From Gammaproteobacteria bacterium (GTDB taxonomy: Bacteria; Pseudomonadota; Gammaproteobacteria; Eutrophobiales; Eutrophobiaceae), in NCBI GenBank assembly GCA_965221695.1, contig OZ244905.1, positions 384,001 through 448,000 of the forward strand: a stretch of 64,000 nucleotides of DNA. The letters are read 5' to 3'. How positions within the stretch are numbered: the first letter of the stretch is position 1; the number at the start of each line of letters is the position of its first letter. Made by a program: the position numbers and the translations under genes. Positions 1-9,413 of the stretch are shown piece after piece. The notes beneath the pieces were generated by a model. It saw only the letters and a program-made list of their open reading frames with translations. It did not search any database and was not told the origin of the DNA.

Positions 1-148
1 TGCTGGCGCCATAGACGACATTTTCCCGGGCAAAGTCCGTTACCGCGTTCCGGGCGCGCGCGGGCCACGGCGCCACGCCCGCATGATTCAGGTATATCAA
101 CCGTTCCGCTTGAGGAAATTCAGTTTGTATTATGTTATCTTTCAGCAT
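1..148 (-). CDS. Class V PLP-dependent aminotransferase, 5' part (runs off window start)
   Basis: Manual translation MLKDNIIQTEFPQAERLIYLNHAGVAPWP...; contains the class V N-terminal YLNHA motif; not in the ORF track. Confidence 0.8.
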   Translation of the reverse strand, partial: MLKDNIIQTEFPQAERLIYLNHAGVAPWPARARNAVTDFARENVVYGAS

Positions 149-219
149 CTTTATTTTGTGCCTGACTCCATCTTATGCATCATACCTTACGACACTTTGG
201 ATACAACCGGTCCTGACCT

Positions 220-1359
220 ATGCCGTTACGCGAACGCTTCCCGATATTCCAAACCAGGACTTATATTAACAGTTGTTCCTACGGCGCACTGTCTGACGAT
301 GTCAGACAGGCCTACCTGTCCTACCTGGATGACAGGGACCGCTTCGGCTCCCACTGGGAGGTCTGGGTCGGCAAGTTGGAAACCCTGAGAATGATGTTAG
401 GGCAGATGTTGAACGCCTCAGCCGATGAGATAGCGACCGCTTCCTGTCTTAGCGATTGTGTAAATTCCCTGGCCAGCGCGTTGGAATTTGCCGGCAGTCG
501 CAACAAAATATTGCTTACGGATTTTGACTTCCCCACTACCGCGCAAATCTGGCGCGCCCAGGAGAAGAGGGGGGCCGTCATTGAATGCGTCCCTTGCGAT
601 ACGGGCGAATTGACCATCCCGCCGGAGCGCTTTTCTGACTATATCGACGAAACTACTCTATTGGTCTCTATACCTCATATCTGCTACCGCAACGGGGCGC
701 GTCTGGATATCAAACCAATCATCGACGCGGCCCATGACCGAGGCGCATTGGTATTTCTGGATTGCTATCAGAGCGTTGGCTCCATGCCTATCGATGTCAA
801 GGCGCTGGATGTGGACTTTGCCGCCGGTGGTACGCTGAAATACCTGGTTTCGACGACAGGCGCCGCATTCATGTACGTAAGGAACGCTTTGATTGCCGAT
901 CTGGAGCCAACTGCCAGCGGTTGGTTCAGCCAGGGAGACATCAACGCTATGGATATTTATCGGAACGACCCTGCTGAAAACGCCCGTCGCTTTGAATCCG
1001 GCACGCCCAATGTCGCCAGCCTGTATGCGTCCATAGCCGGGTTGCATCTGACCAATGAGGTGGGGTTGGATAAGATCGCGCAACATGTCAGCTCTTTGAA
1101 CAGGACGATCAAGGAAAAAGTCCGTGAAAACGGTTTTCAACTGGCCATGCCTGCAGAAGACGACGGACATGGCCCGATGGTCTCCATCAGGTCGACTGAC
1201 ATGTACAAGCTTGTGGCGGCGCTGGAACAACGAGGCATCACCACATCCTGCCGCGATGGCAACCTGAGGGTTTCAGCGCATTTTTATAACAATGCTGATG
1301 ATGTGGAGGCGCTGTTTGAGGCGCTGAATCACGAGCGCCCCTTGGTTGTATGCGACTGA
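220..1359 (+). CDS. Class V PLP-dependent enzyme (kynureninase/cysteine desulfurase-like)
   Basis: YINSCSYG, LDCYQSVG, GTLKYL (PLP Lys), RFESGT and RVSAHFYN motifs. Confidence 0.85.
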   Translation: MPLRERFPIFQTRTYINSCSYGALSDDVRQAYLSYLDDRDRFGSHWEVWVGKLETLRMMLGQMLNASADEIATASCLSDCVNSLASALEFAGSRNKILLTDFDFPTTAQIWRAQEKRGAVIECVPCDTGELTIPPERFSDYIDETTLLVSIPHICYRNGARLDIKPIIDAAHDRGALVFLDCYQSVGSMPIDVKALDVDFAAGGTLKYLVSTTGAAFMYVRNALIADLEPTASGWFSQGDINAMDIYRNDPAENARRFESGTPNVASLYASIAGLHLTNEVGLDKIAQHVSSLNRTIKEKVRENGFQLAMPAEDDGHGPMVSIRSTDMYKLVAALEQRGITTSCRDGNLRVSAHFYNNADDVEALFEALNHERPLVVCD

Positions 1360-1399
1360 CAGACTAAGCCAGCTTTATCCCATTCACACGTAAGAAGCC

Positions 1400-2506
1400 A
1401 TGAATAAACCAGACAAATTTACCGGCGTACACCTGGTCGGCAGCATCGCGATGGACAATTGTGAACAGGTTTTTCGCGATGTCAGCGCGTCGCTGGGCCC
1501 TTATCTTCAGAATATACCGGATGGTGAGACCGGTGAGCGGTCACGCTGGATTTATTTTCAAAGAGCCATGCTGTTGGAACATCCGGCCATGGAGATCGAT
1601 TCTACTGAACCGGAGCTGTCGATATACCAGTGGGACGGCAAGTTGTTGCGTTCCCTGCCGCTGTTGCGCTTCAGAGAAGATGCCAACCTTGACGAGGTCG
1701 AGTTCCAAACCGGTTATGACCAGGCAGCGGAATATTCTTATGGCATATTCAAACGACTGCGGGAGGAGGGAGCGATACCCGCCGGAGTCCGCTTCCAGGT
1801 ATGCCTGCCCACACCGATGGCCAGTTGTTACATGTACATCAGTCCGAAGTCCCATGACGATTACCTGCGTGTCTACCAGAAATCCCTGCTGAAAGCGCTG
1901 AACAGGATACTTGACCTGATCCCCCATGAAGACCTGTGCATACAATACGATGTCTGCCAGGAAGTGCTGCTGTTCGAAGATTACTTCCCGTATCGTCCCC
2001 CAGACTACCAGGAACAGATATTTACCGAACTGGCAGCGCTGGGAGATGCGGTGCCGGAAGATGTCACACTCGGGTACCACCTGTGCTATGGCACCCCGTA
2101 TGATGAGCACCTGGTCATGCCGAAAGATGCGGGCATACTGGTGGAACTGATGAACGGCATTATCGGTGGCGCCACAAGGCGAGTCGATTTTCTGCACATA
2201 CCTGTTCCGAAGGATCGTACCGACCAGGCTTATTTCGAACCCTTAACGCAATTCACCGGTTCAACAAGAGTATATCTCGGCTTGATCCACCACGATGATG
2301 AAGCCGGCGACCTGCAACGCATCAAGGTCGCCCGCGACTACGTCAAGGACTTCGGCATCAGTACCGAATGCGGCTGGGGCAGGACAGACCCGAAACGGGT
2401 CCCGGCCCTGCTTGCCAGCCACAAAAAAGCCGCCGAGACATTGCTGGCCCCCGGGAGCGCTGGCGTCTCGCCCGCAGGCAAGCGGAACGTCAGCGATCCC
2501 AGGTAG
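1400..2506 (+). CDS. Cobalamin-independent methionine synthase II-like (single-barrel) protein
   Basis: HLVGS, DGETGER, HLCYG (HxC Zn ligands) and STECGWGR; the last ~19 aa come from a REP-like element. Confidence 0.7.
   Translation: MNKPDKFTGVHLVGSIAMDNCEQVFRDVSASLGPYLQNIPDGETGERSRWIYFQRAMLLEHPAMEIDSTEPELSIYQWDGKLLRSLPLLRFREDANLDEVEFQTGYDQAAEYSYGIFKRLREEGAIPAGVRFQVCLPTPMASCYMYISPKSHDDYLRVYQKSLLKALNRILDLIPHEDLCIQYDVCQEVLLFEDYFPYRPPDYQEQIFTELAALGDAVPEDVTLGYHLCYGTPYDEHLVMPKDAGILVELMNGIIGGATRRVDFLHIPVPKDRTDQAYFEPLTQFTGSTRVYLGLIHHDDEAGDLQRIKVARDYVKDFGISTECGWGRTDPKRVPALLASHKKAAETLLAPGSAGVSPAGKRNVSDPR
2446..2503. repeat. REP-like element, family GGGAGCGCTGGCGTCTCGCC...GCG(C/T)TCCCAGG
   Basis: Similar copy at 13460-13517; partial copies near 35785-35815 and 41415-41434. 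Confidence 0.55.
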
Positions 2507-2524
2507 GCCACAAGGGATATTTAA

Positions 2525-2673
2525 GGAAACTCTGAACAAGTCCATCCTGGACTTGTCAGAGTACGGAAAACAAAAATGTGATTTTTTATCCTCACAAAAT
2601 CAATGTCTTACAGTCATTGATTTTGCCGATACATCCTTGTATCGTAGGAACCTCTGACTTAATCAGAGGTTCC
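2525..2673. mobile_element. MITE-A copy 1 (149 bp, IS5-like ends, TTAA flanks)
   Basis: Ends GGAAACTCTGAACAAG...CTTAATCAGAGGTTCC; TTAA on both sides; near-identical copy at 43104-43254. Confidence 0.85.
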
Positions 2674-2688
2674 TTAAGAAGGATAATC

Positions 2689-4059
2689 ATGAGTATCGAA
2701 ACTCTGACAGCGAAATATCTGGGAAACACACAAAACTCGGCCAGGTTGGCGGAGCGGGCCCGCCGGATTATGCCCGGTGGCGATACTCATGGGCATTTTT
2801 ATAATCCCCCGTACCACATCACTATAGACCATGGTAAAGGAAACTCATTATACGATGTAGACGGCAATCAATACCTGGACTGTGTCAACTCTTACTATAT
2901 GCACATTCATGGGCATTGTTTTGCTCCGATAGTTGAAGCGCTCGATAATCAGCTTCAGTCAGGTACAGGTTTTGGCATGCCCACTGAGGTCCAGATCGAA
3001 TTTGCTGAACATCTTTGTCAATGGGTACCCTCTCTTGATGAGATTCGGTTTGTTTCTTCAGGAAGCGAAGCCACCAGTATGGCGATCAGGGCAGCAAGGG
3101 CTTTCACTGGAAAACAAAAGATTGTCAAGCTGGAGGGTGGCTATCATGGGAATCATAATATTGGCGAAATCAACTCCTTTGGTGGCTCCCTCGACAGGGA
3201 GGAATTGAAAATCTCGCCCGAGATAGGTTGCGAAGGGAGTGAGTTAAACGATGTCATTCTCTTTCGTTTTAATGACACAGACCAACTAAGGGAAATTGCT
3301 AAAGTCCATTCCAATGAAATAGCAGCGCTAATCATCGAGCCTTTTATCATCCCGTCGGGCAGTATTCCGTTCGAACCTGGCTTTCTTCAGACCATTCGAG
3401 ATATTACCCGGGAAGCCAATATTGTCCTCATTTTTGACGAGGTTGTTACCCTGCCATTCGAATATGGAGGCCTTCAGAAACACTATGGTGTGATACCGGA
3501 TCTCACAACCATCGGGAAAGGTATTGGTGGGGGCCTTCCCATAGGGGCCTGGGGCGGCAGAAAGGAGATTATGGAATTGTGGAATCCGGAAAGGGGAGAT
3601 GATGCCGTGCTAATGGTGAGCACATCCGCCGGTAACCCCATGAGCATGATAGCCGGTTTAACTGCCATGCGTCACTTGACCCCGGAACTTATCGAGCAAC
3701 GTAATATGTTAGGTCAGTGTCTCAGAAAAGGGATGAATCAGGCATTTAACAAAGCCGGAATTCATGGTCAGGTAACAGGAACCGCACATTCATTTTGGGT
3801 ACATTGGTCCGACCAACCTGTCAGGAATCCCCATGACGTCGGAATGGCCATATCGAGAGCGGGCGATGAAATAAGAAACCTGTTATTTCTGGGGATGAGA
3901 CATCACGGTGTATACCTTTTCCCCAGTCCAAGTATTTTTGGCCATATCTCAACCGCCATGCAGGAAGCCGATATAGATACGATAATCAAGGCCCTTGAGC
4001 AGACCTTATTTGAGATCAAGCCTTTTATCAAAAGCGAAAGTGGTCTTGTATACGCTTAA
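2689..4059 (+). CDS. Class III aminotransferase (glutamate-1-semialdehyde aminomutase-like)
   Basis: SGSEA, GGYHG, LIFDEV and DLTTIGKGIGGGLP motifs; ATG at 2689 after AAGGA (the ORF-track extension reads through the MITE). Confidence 0.85.
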   Translation: MSIETLTAKYLGNTQNSARLAERARRIMPGGDTHGHFYNPPYHITIDHGKGNSLYDVDGNQYLDCVNSYYMHIHGHCFAPIVEALDNQLQSGTGFGMPTEVQIEFAEHLCQWVPSLDEIRFVSSGSEATSMAIRAARAFTGKQKIVKLEGGYHGNHNIGEINSFGGSLDREELKISPEIGCEGSELNDVILFRFNDTDQLREIAKVHSNEIAALIIEPFIIPSGSIPFEPGFLQTIRDITREANIVLIFDEVVTLPFEYGGLQKHYGVIPDLTTIGKGIGGGLPIGAWGGRKEIMELWNPERGDDAVLMVSTSAGNPMSMIAGLTAMRHLTPELIEQRNMLGQCLRKGMNQAFNKAGIHGQVTGTAHSFWVHWSDQPVRNPHDVGMAISRAGDEIRNLLFLGMRHHGVYLFPSPSIFGHISTAMQEADIDTIIKALEQTLFEIKPFIKSESGLVYA

Positions 4060-4137
4060 CGGAGTCCAAGAGTTGTTTGATATAAAATAAACAGACCAGT
4101 ACACTCGTCGGCTGCATAAAGAAAAGGTATCTCTGCG

Positions 4138-4394
4138 ATGAAAGAAACAGGCGCCGATTTGACCCCCAGCCGCACATCACCGCAACTCAGGATCAATGCG
4201 GCTATTAATACTATTCTAACAGCAAAAAAATACCCGGTCTCTGACCTAACTCTGGTAGAGATGAAAGAGCGCGGACGTGAATGAATTTATTTGTACTGGA
4301 TAACTCGGTGGCGATCAGTTGGCTGTTAAAGAGCGAGAAACCGGCCGATGCGGTCATACGGCGCGCTCCGATCTCGATGGCCGATCCGGGTTAA
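4138..4394 (+). pseudogene. Decayed Phd/YefM-like antitoxin plus truncated PIN (VapC) toxin
   Basis: MKETGA...EMKERGRE* overlaps (ATGA) MNLFVLDNSVAISWLL..., which stops after 37 codons. Confidence 0.6.
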
Positions 4395-5332
4395 CCCGAA
4401 ATCCGGGTTGTAATATCAGATTCCAGTTTTGCCGCTGTTTTCCTCAGTTCATCCAATAAGCTGCCAACCAGGGTCGACTGGTTTGCTCGTTTTGGCAACG
4501 TCAAAAAAATATCGAATTTATATGAAAAGTCAAATGGAAGCCATTGTATTCCCTTGTCTTCATGGTCTATTGCCGTAAATGCAGGAACGAGTGCAATACC
4601 CAGCCCGCAGTTCACAAATTCGCATGCTTCGTGGCTGGTCGATACAGAAATTGTGTTTCTTGGTTTGACTCTGTCAAAATCCAGCTTGTTTTTTACCGCC
4701 AATCGCCAGTCTTCTTTTTCCGATTTCCAATCATCGGTTTGTGTCAACGTGATCAGCGTTTCTCCATTCAGGTCACCTGAGGATATAAGGGACTGACCCA
4801 GTTTTTCATGGTTTGGCGGCAGCACGCAAACCAGCGGGGATTGGATCAACAACTCCTGTTTGACACCAAAGTTATCTCCCATTTGCATACAAAAACCCAA
4901 GTCGACACGCCCGGATGCAACCCATTCGACTATGCTCTGCGTGGTACCTGTGAGGATGGAAACGGAAAAATAATCGTAGTTACGAAGAAACCCGGCAACA
5001 ACCTGTGGCAGCCATTTGTATGACATCATCGGCATCGAGCCAATACCGATATCGTATTTAACATCGCCGCTCAGGTTTTTGATAAAGTTTTCAATATGGG
5101 CAACACCCACGTAAGCGCGCTTGACCTCTTCATACAGCGCCATTGCTTCTGCGGTCGGCAGCAAACGGTTATTTTTGCGCACGAACAAGTTGATGCCACT
5201 ACTCGTCTCCAATAATTTCAGATGTTTACTCACTGATGGTTGCGAAATGCGTAAATGCAGGGCGGCTGTGGTCGTCGAACCATGCTCCATCACGGCCGCA
5301 AATACTTCAAGCTGTTTCATGTTCAGTTTCAT
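4391..5332 (-). CDS. LysR-family transcriptional regulator
   Basis: N-terminal HTH MKQLEVFAAVMEHGSTTTAALHLRISQPSVSK. Confidence 0.9.
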   Translation of the reverse strand: MKLNMKQLEVFAAVMEHGSTTTAALHLRISQPSVSKHLKLLETSSGINLFVRKNNRLLPTAEAMALYEEVKRAYVGVAHIENFIKNLSGDVKYDIGIGSMPMMSYKWLPQVVAGFLRNYDYFSVSILTGTTQSIVEWVASGRVDLGFCMQMGDNFGVKQELLIQSPLVCVLPPNHEKLGQSLISSGDLNGETLITLTQTDDWKSEKEDWRLAVKNKLDFDRVKPRNTISVSTSHEACEFVNCGLGIALVPAFTAIDHEDKGIQWLPFDFSYKFDIFLTLPKRANQSTLVGSLLDELRKTAAKLESDITTRISG

Positions 5333-5334
5333 GG

Positions 5335-6645
5335 CTATAACCCGCCTGAGGCCATCATCTCCGGTAGCCAAAGCGCTAGTCCTGGAAAGCAAACAAGCAG
5401 AATCATTGCTGACAGCATTAACAGAAACATCGGGAATGCCGCCTTTGACACCGTGCCAATTCCGGCTCCGCTCATAGAGTCCACGAGAAACAGGTTAAAG
5501 CCGATTGGTGGGGTCAGTAATGCCATTTCGCTGACGAGCACGATAAACACGCCAAACCATATCATGTCAATACCGGCGCTGCGCACCATGGGTTCCAGAA
5601 TAGCCATTGTCAGCAAGATCATGGAAAAACCATCCAAAAACATGCCGAGGAATAAAAAGAATATTGTCAGTACGGCTATCAACATTGTTGGCGAAAGGTT
5701 CATGCTGCCTATCCAGCGCGCAAGATCGCTCGGCAGGCCCGTAAACGCCATCGCAAGTGCGAGAAAAGAACTGCCGGCAATCAGCAACATGATCATCGAC
5801 ATTACCTGTACCGTACCATCCAGTGATTGGAGCAGGGTGTTAATGCTCAGACTGCCCTGGAAAAAAGACAGCACCAGCGCGCCGAGCACCCCGACGGCGG
5901 CGGCCTCTACCGGCGAGGCCAGGCCAAAAAAAATGGAGCCGATAACCGCCCCTATCAGTAACACTACCGGCACAAGTTTCATCAGCCCTCTTGTCTTTTC
6001 TGTCATGCTGGCCCGAGCTCCGCGCAATGTCTGCCCCCGTGCGGTAAACAAACCCCAGCCGAAAATGTAGCAGGAGAACAACAGCGACAACAGCAATCCG
6101 GGAATAACACCGGCGATGAACAAGCGCCCGATTGATTCTTCCACCGTTACGCCGTAGACAATCATGGTGATCGACGGTGGGATTAGCAGACCCACGGTCC
6201 CGGCGCCGGCGAGGCTTCCCAACGCCAGCGAGTCCGGGTAACCATGTTTTTTCAGTTCAGGAACCGTCATCTTGCCGACCGTTGTCAATGTTGCTGCGCT
6301 GGAACCGGACAACGCGGCAAACGTTGCGCAGCCAAGAATATTCACGTGCAACAAGCCTCCGGGCAGACGCCGTAACCAGGGCGACAAGCCTGAAAACAGA
6401 TTTTCCGACAGTTTTGAGCGAAACAAGATCTCACCCATCCAGATGAACAGGGGTAATGAGACCAGGCTCCAGGTGGCCGCATGGGACCAGATGGTTGTCG
6501 CCATTGCATCCCCAAAATTCATGTCAGTAAACAGCAACATCGCAACCATGCCGGTTCCCAGCAGCGCCATCCCGACCCAAACGCCCAGTCCAAGAAAAGC
6601 AAACAGCGCGGTAATCAGAATAACAACCGCAATGATATTTTCCAT
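5335..6645 (-). CDS. dctM: TRAP transporter large permease
   Basis: Many TM segments; SGSSAAT, GLLIPPSI and LLTPPIG motifs. Confidence 0.9.
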   Translation of the reverse strand: MENIIAVVILITALFAFLGLGVWVGMALLGTGMVAMLLFTDMNFGDAMATTIWSHAATWSLVSLPLFIWMGEILFRSKLSENLFSGLSPWLRRLPGGLLHVNILGCATFAALSGSSAATLTTVGKMTVPELKKHGYPDSLALGSLAGAGTVGLLIPPSITMIVYGVTVEESIGRLFIAGVIPGLLLSLLFSCYIFGWGLFTARGQTLRGARASMTEKTRGLMKLVPVVLLIGAVIGSIFFGLASPVEAAAVGVLGALVLSFFQGSLSINTLLQSLDGTVQVMSMIMLLIAGSSFLALAMAFTGLPSDLARWIGSMNLSPTMLIAVLTIFFLFLGMFLDGFSMILLTMAILEPMVRSAGIDMIWFGVFIVLVSEMALLTPPIGFNLFLVDSMSGAGIGTVSKAAFPMFLLMLSAMILLVCFPGLALWLPEMMASGGL

Positions 6646-6668
6646 GATTTCCGCCGTTGGATTAGTGG

Positions 6669-7166
6669 CTAATCACTGTTGCGACTTGCAGGAAAAAGCG
6701 CAATCAACAGTGCATGAATGAGGGCAACTGTGAAGACAAAGAATCCGAACGCCATCGGCGCTTGTGGGATCCAAAGCAGAATCTCGTCCGTTCCCGTGCT
6801 GCGGTCTCTGAGGAGTATTGAGACAATAACCATTTTGACCAGGTACAAGCTCATAAAGCAACCAAGAACGGCAGCAATCGACAAACTGATCACTTCGATC
6901 ATCATACGGATACCGCCTTGGGTCCTGTTGAGAAGCAGCGTTATCCTGATATGCCTGTTTTGACCAAACGCGTAAGCCAATCCCAAAGCGCCGGCAGCGC
7001 CAACACAATACCCCGCAAACTCGTTGGTCCCGGGAGTGTAATTCCCAAGTATTCTGTCGACTATATTGATCAGCGTCGCTACAAGCGTCATAACCACAAA
7101 CAAAGACGCCAGGTAACCGCAAGCGCGGTAAACGGCATTAAGGATATTGTCAACATGCCTGCGCAT
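6669..7166 (-). CDS. dctQ: TRAP transporter small permease
   Basis: 4 TM segments, HIRITLL motif, lies between dctP and dctM. Confidence 0.85.
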   Translation of the reverse strand: MRRHVDNILNAVYRACGYLASLFVVMTLVATLINIVDRILGNYTPGTNEFAGYCVGAAGALGLAYAFGQNRHIRITLLLNRTQGGIRMMIEVISLSIAAVLGCFMSLYLVKMVIVSILLRDRSTGTDEILLWIPQAPMAFGFFVFTVALIHALLIALFPASRNSD

Positions 7167-7222
7167 CAGATTTATCTTTGGGGCTTTCTCATAGGGACTT
7201 GGTGATTATAGTCCAAGCATGT

Positions 7223-8203
7223 CTACCGGCCGCGCAGTTTTCCTAGAATTGTTTCGCCTTCAGCGCCGGCGCGTTGTGTCCATTCCAAGGCCATCCGTTG
7301 TCCTATTTGCCGGAAATAGCCGGCCAGCTCCGGGGAGATATCCTGTACCTTCATTCCTGCCTCGCGCATTGTCGCATTATTTGCATTCTCCCTCGCGATA
7401 ATCTCTGACCAAATAGCTTGCTCTATTTCGGCGGCTATCTGAAGCACTGTGGATTGTATCCCGGCATCGAGTCGGTTCCATTCGTCCAGGTTTGCGATCA
7501 CGGAAGAAGTCGGAAATCCGGCATTCATGGTGTAATAGTAATCGATATAATCCCATAATTTCTGGGACACGCCTGTTACGCCCGACGCAAACGAGCCGTC
7601 GATGACCGCAGTCGAAAATGCAAGAGCAATTTCTGAAGGCTCTGTTTTTGTCGGAATCCCGTCGGCTAGCTGGACTATTCTGGTGGTTGTCCGGTTATAA
7701 GTCCGTATCTTCATGCCCTTCAAGTCCTCAGGACTTTCCAGGCGGTGAGCGGAGAACAGTCCTTGAGGATTCCACAATGCCCGGTAGATAAGCTTCAGGT
7801 TTTTCTGTCTGAGGACTTCCTCCAACGCGGTTCTTGATAAGGTAATGAGTTTTTTGGCTTCTTCCAGGTCCTTGAGCAGGAATGGCAGGTTGCTGAGCTC
7901 GAATAACGGATGCTCAGACGGGTGTAAAAACAGGCCGGTAGAACCGATCTGCACCTGTCCGGTTCGCACTACGCGTAAGATATCCGCGGCCTTGAACAAG
8001 GACCCCCCGGGATGAACGACAATTTCCAGCCTGCCATCCGTCTCCAGCCCAACCCTGCTGGCAAACTCAATATGATGCCTGGTAACAAACGCATTTGCAG
8101 AGATGGGAGTAGGGAAGTGCCATACCTGTTCCCCCCGGGTCGGAACCACGACCAATATTGAAAGCAGCAAACCTGCCCACAGTCGCCGTATCACGGTATG
8201 CAT
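7223..8203 (-). CDS. dctP: TRAP substrate-binding protein
   Basis: Signal peptide; HPGGSL and DLKGMKIR motifs. Confidence 0.85.
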   Translation of the reverse strand: MHTVIRRLWAGLLLSILVVVPTRGEQVWHFPTPISANAFVTRHHIEFASRVGLETDGRLEIVVHPGGSLFKAADILRVVRTGQVQIGSTGLFLHPSEHPLFELSNLPFLLKDLEEAKKLITLSRTALEEVLRQKNLKLIYRALWNPQGLFSAHRLESPEDLKGMKIRTYNRTTTRIVQLADGIPTKTEPSEIALAFSTAVIDGSFASGVTGVSQKLWDYIDYYYTMNAGFPTSSVIANLDEWNRLDAGIQSTVLQIAAEIEQAIWSEIIARENANNATMREAGMKVQDISPELAGYFRQIGQRMALEWTQRAGAEGETILGKLRGR

Positions 8204-8233
8204 CTAATCAGTATCACGGTATGCATCTAATCA
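8188..8233. repeat. Exact 23-bp tandem duplication
   Basis: GTATCACGGTATGCATCTAATCA at 8188-8210 and 8211-8233. Confidence 0.95.
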
Positions 8234-9408
8234 TGATAAATATTCGCGACAGGCAAGTCAGCCGGTGGCTGGTATGTTGGTTCAAGCTCAGCCATCATTC
8301 GCTTTGCCAGCATTTGTTGAAAATGAAGTGAGGTCTGTTCTTGCTTCGGCATGAAGCGTCCGCCATCGAATGCTGTTGAAGAACGGCCTGTTTGCATTTT
8401 TTCGATGATGCCGATGTCCTGATTATTGACATTCAAGGACCAATTTTTCATCACTGTGGCGCGCGCTTCACTCAAATCTTCACGCATCGCTTCATCGCCG
8501 ATGAAAAAAACAACTAGTCTTTCCCGGGTACGAACAGGCCCGAGGGGATTAAGGATAATCACTTTGAACAAGTTCGGCAAACAGGTAATCATCAGGTTGG
8601 GGGCAATATACAAGGCTTCATATTTATCCGTGTCGGCACAACCGGGAAAAACCGGAAGGGGAGGGTTAAAAGACCTGGCCACACCATCGGCGCGACCACC
8701 CAGTCCGATGTAATGATCGCCACCCAGTATCTGGTAATGATCTTCCATGGGGTTCACGCGCTGTAACTCCGGGTGCACCATCGGAACGTGGTAGCTTTCG
8801 ACGAAGTTTTCGACGGCGAGTTTCCAGTTGGCGTTGACGTCAAAGGTAAAATCATAATCAGGACCGGTGCGTAACAAACCCATCGCCGGATTGCCTAGAC
8901 GGTCATTTATAGGTTCCATGGCATCTTCCAGAGAGCCGGCGCCCCCGTTCAAGTTGATCATGACCAACGGTCCCCACACTGCTGTAGGAATTTCCACCAG
9001 GTTCAGGTTCTCTGCATCCATGCCCTCACAGTGATGCCTGCCGGCGCCGCCGGCATGAGGCGTTGCCAACAGCGCGCCATCCAGTGCATAGGACCAGGCA
9101 TGATTGGGACAAATAATACGCGCCTGTTGATGTTTCATTTCACTGCAGAGGGCGGCGCCCCGGTGCCGGCAGATATTGTGGAACGTTCGTATCCTGCCAT
9201 CATTCGCCCGCGTCATAAGCAGCGATTGATTGGCAAATGTCGTTGGCCATAGGTCTCCACATTTGGCCACATCACCGGTCACACCCACGCAGGCCCAGGA
9301 TTTTGATATGAAATGTACCAATTCGGCTTTGAATGCTTCATCCGAAGTGTAGCAGCCGCCAGGCAATCCCCGGGATTGTTCAAGTACTGATTTGTAGCGG
9401 TCTTCCAT
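8227..9408 (-). CDS. Rieske non-heme iron oxygenase alpha subunit (choline monooxygenase/GbcA-like)
   Basis: CRHRG...CPNHAW Rieske motif; NWKLAVENFVESYHVPMVH iron site. Confidence 0.85.
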   Translation of the reverse strand: MEDRYKSVLEQSRGLPGGCYTSDEAFKAELVHFISKSWACVGVTGDVAKCGDLWPTTFANQSLLMTRANDGRIRTFHNICRHRGAALCSEMKHQQARIICPNHAWSYALDGALLATPHAGGAGRHHCEGMDAENLNLVEIPTAVWGPLVMINLNGGAGSLEDAMEPINDRLGNPAMGLLRTGPDYDFTFDVNANWKLAVENFVESYHVPMVHPELQRVNPMEDHYQILGGDHYIGLGGRADGVARSFNPPLPVFPGCADTDKYEALYIAPNLMITCLPNLFKVIILNPLGPVRTRERLVVFFIGDEAMREDLSEARATVMKNWSLNVNNQDIGIIEKMQTGRSSTAFDGGRFMPKQEQTSLHFQQMLAKRMMAELEPTYQPPADLPVANIYHD

Positions 9409-9413
9409 TTTAT

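Noticed and set aside
2578-2688. N-terminal extensions of the aminotransferase (from 2578) and of vapB (to 43124)
   Set aside because: They are read-through of MITE-A; RBS-supported ATGs lie at 2689 and 43082.
4391-4403. TTAACCCGAAATC matching the MITE-B end
   Set aside because: Only 13 bp, lying within the last LysR codons with no partner end; could be chance.
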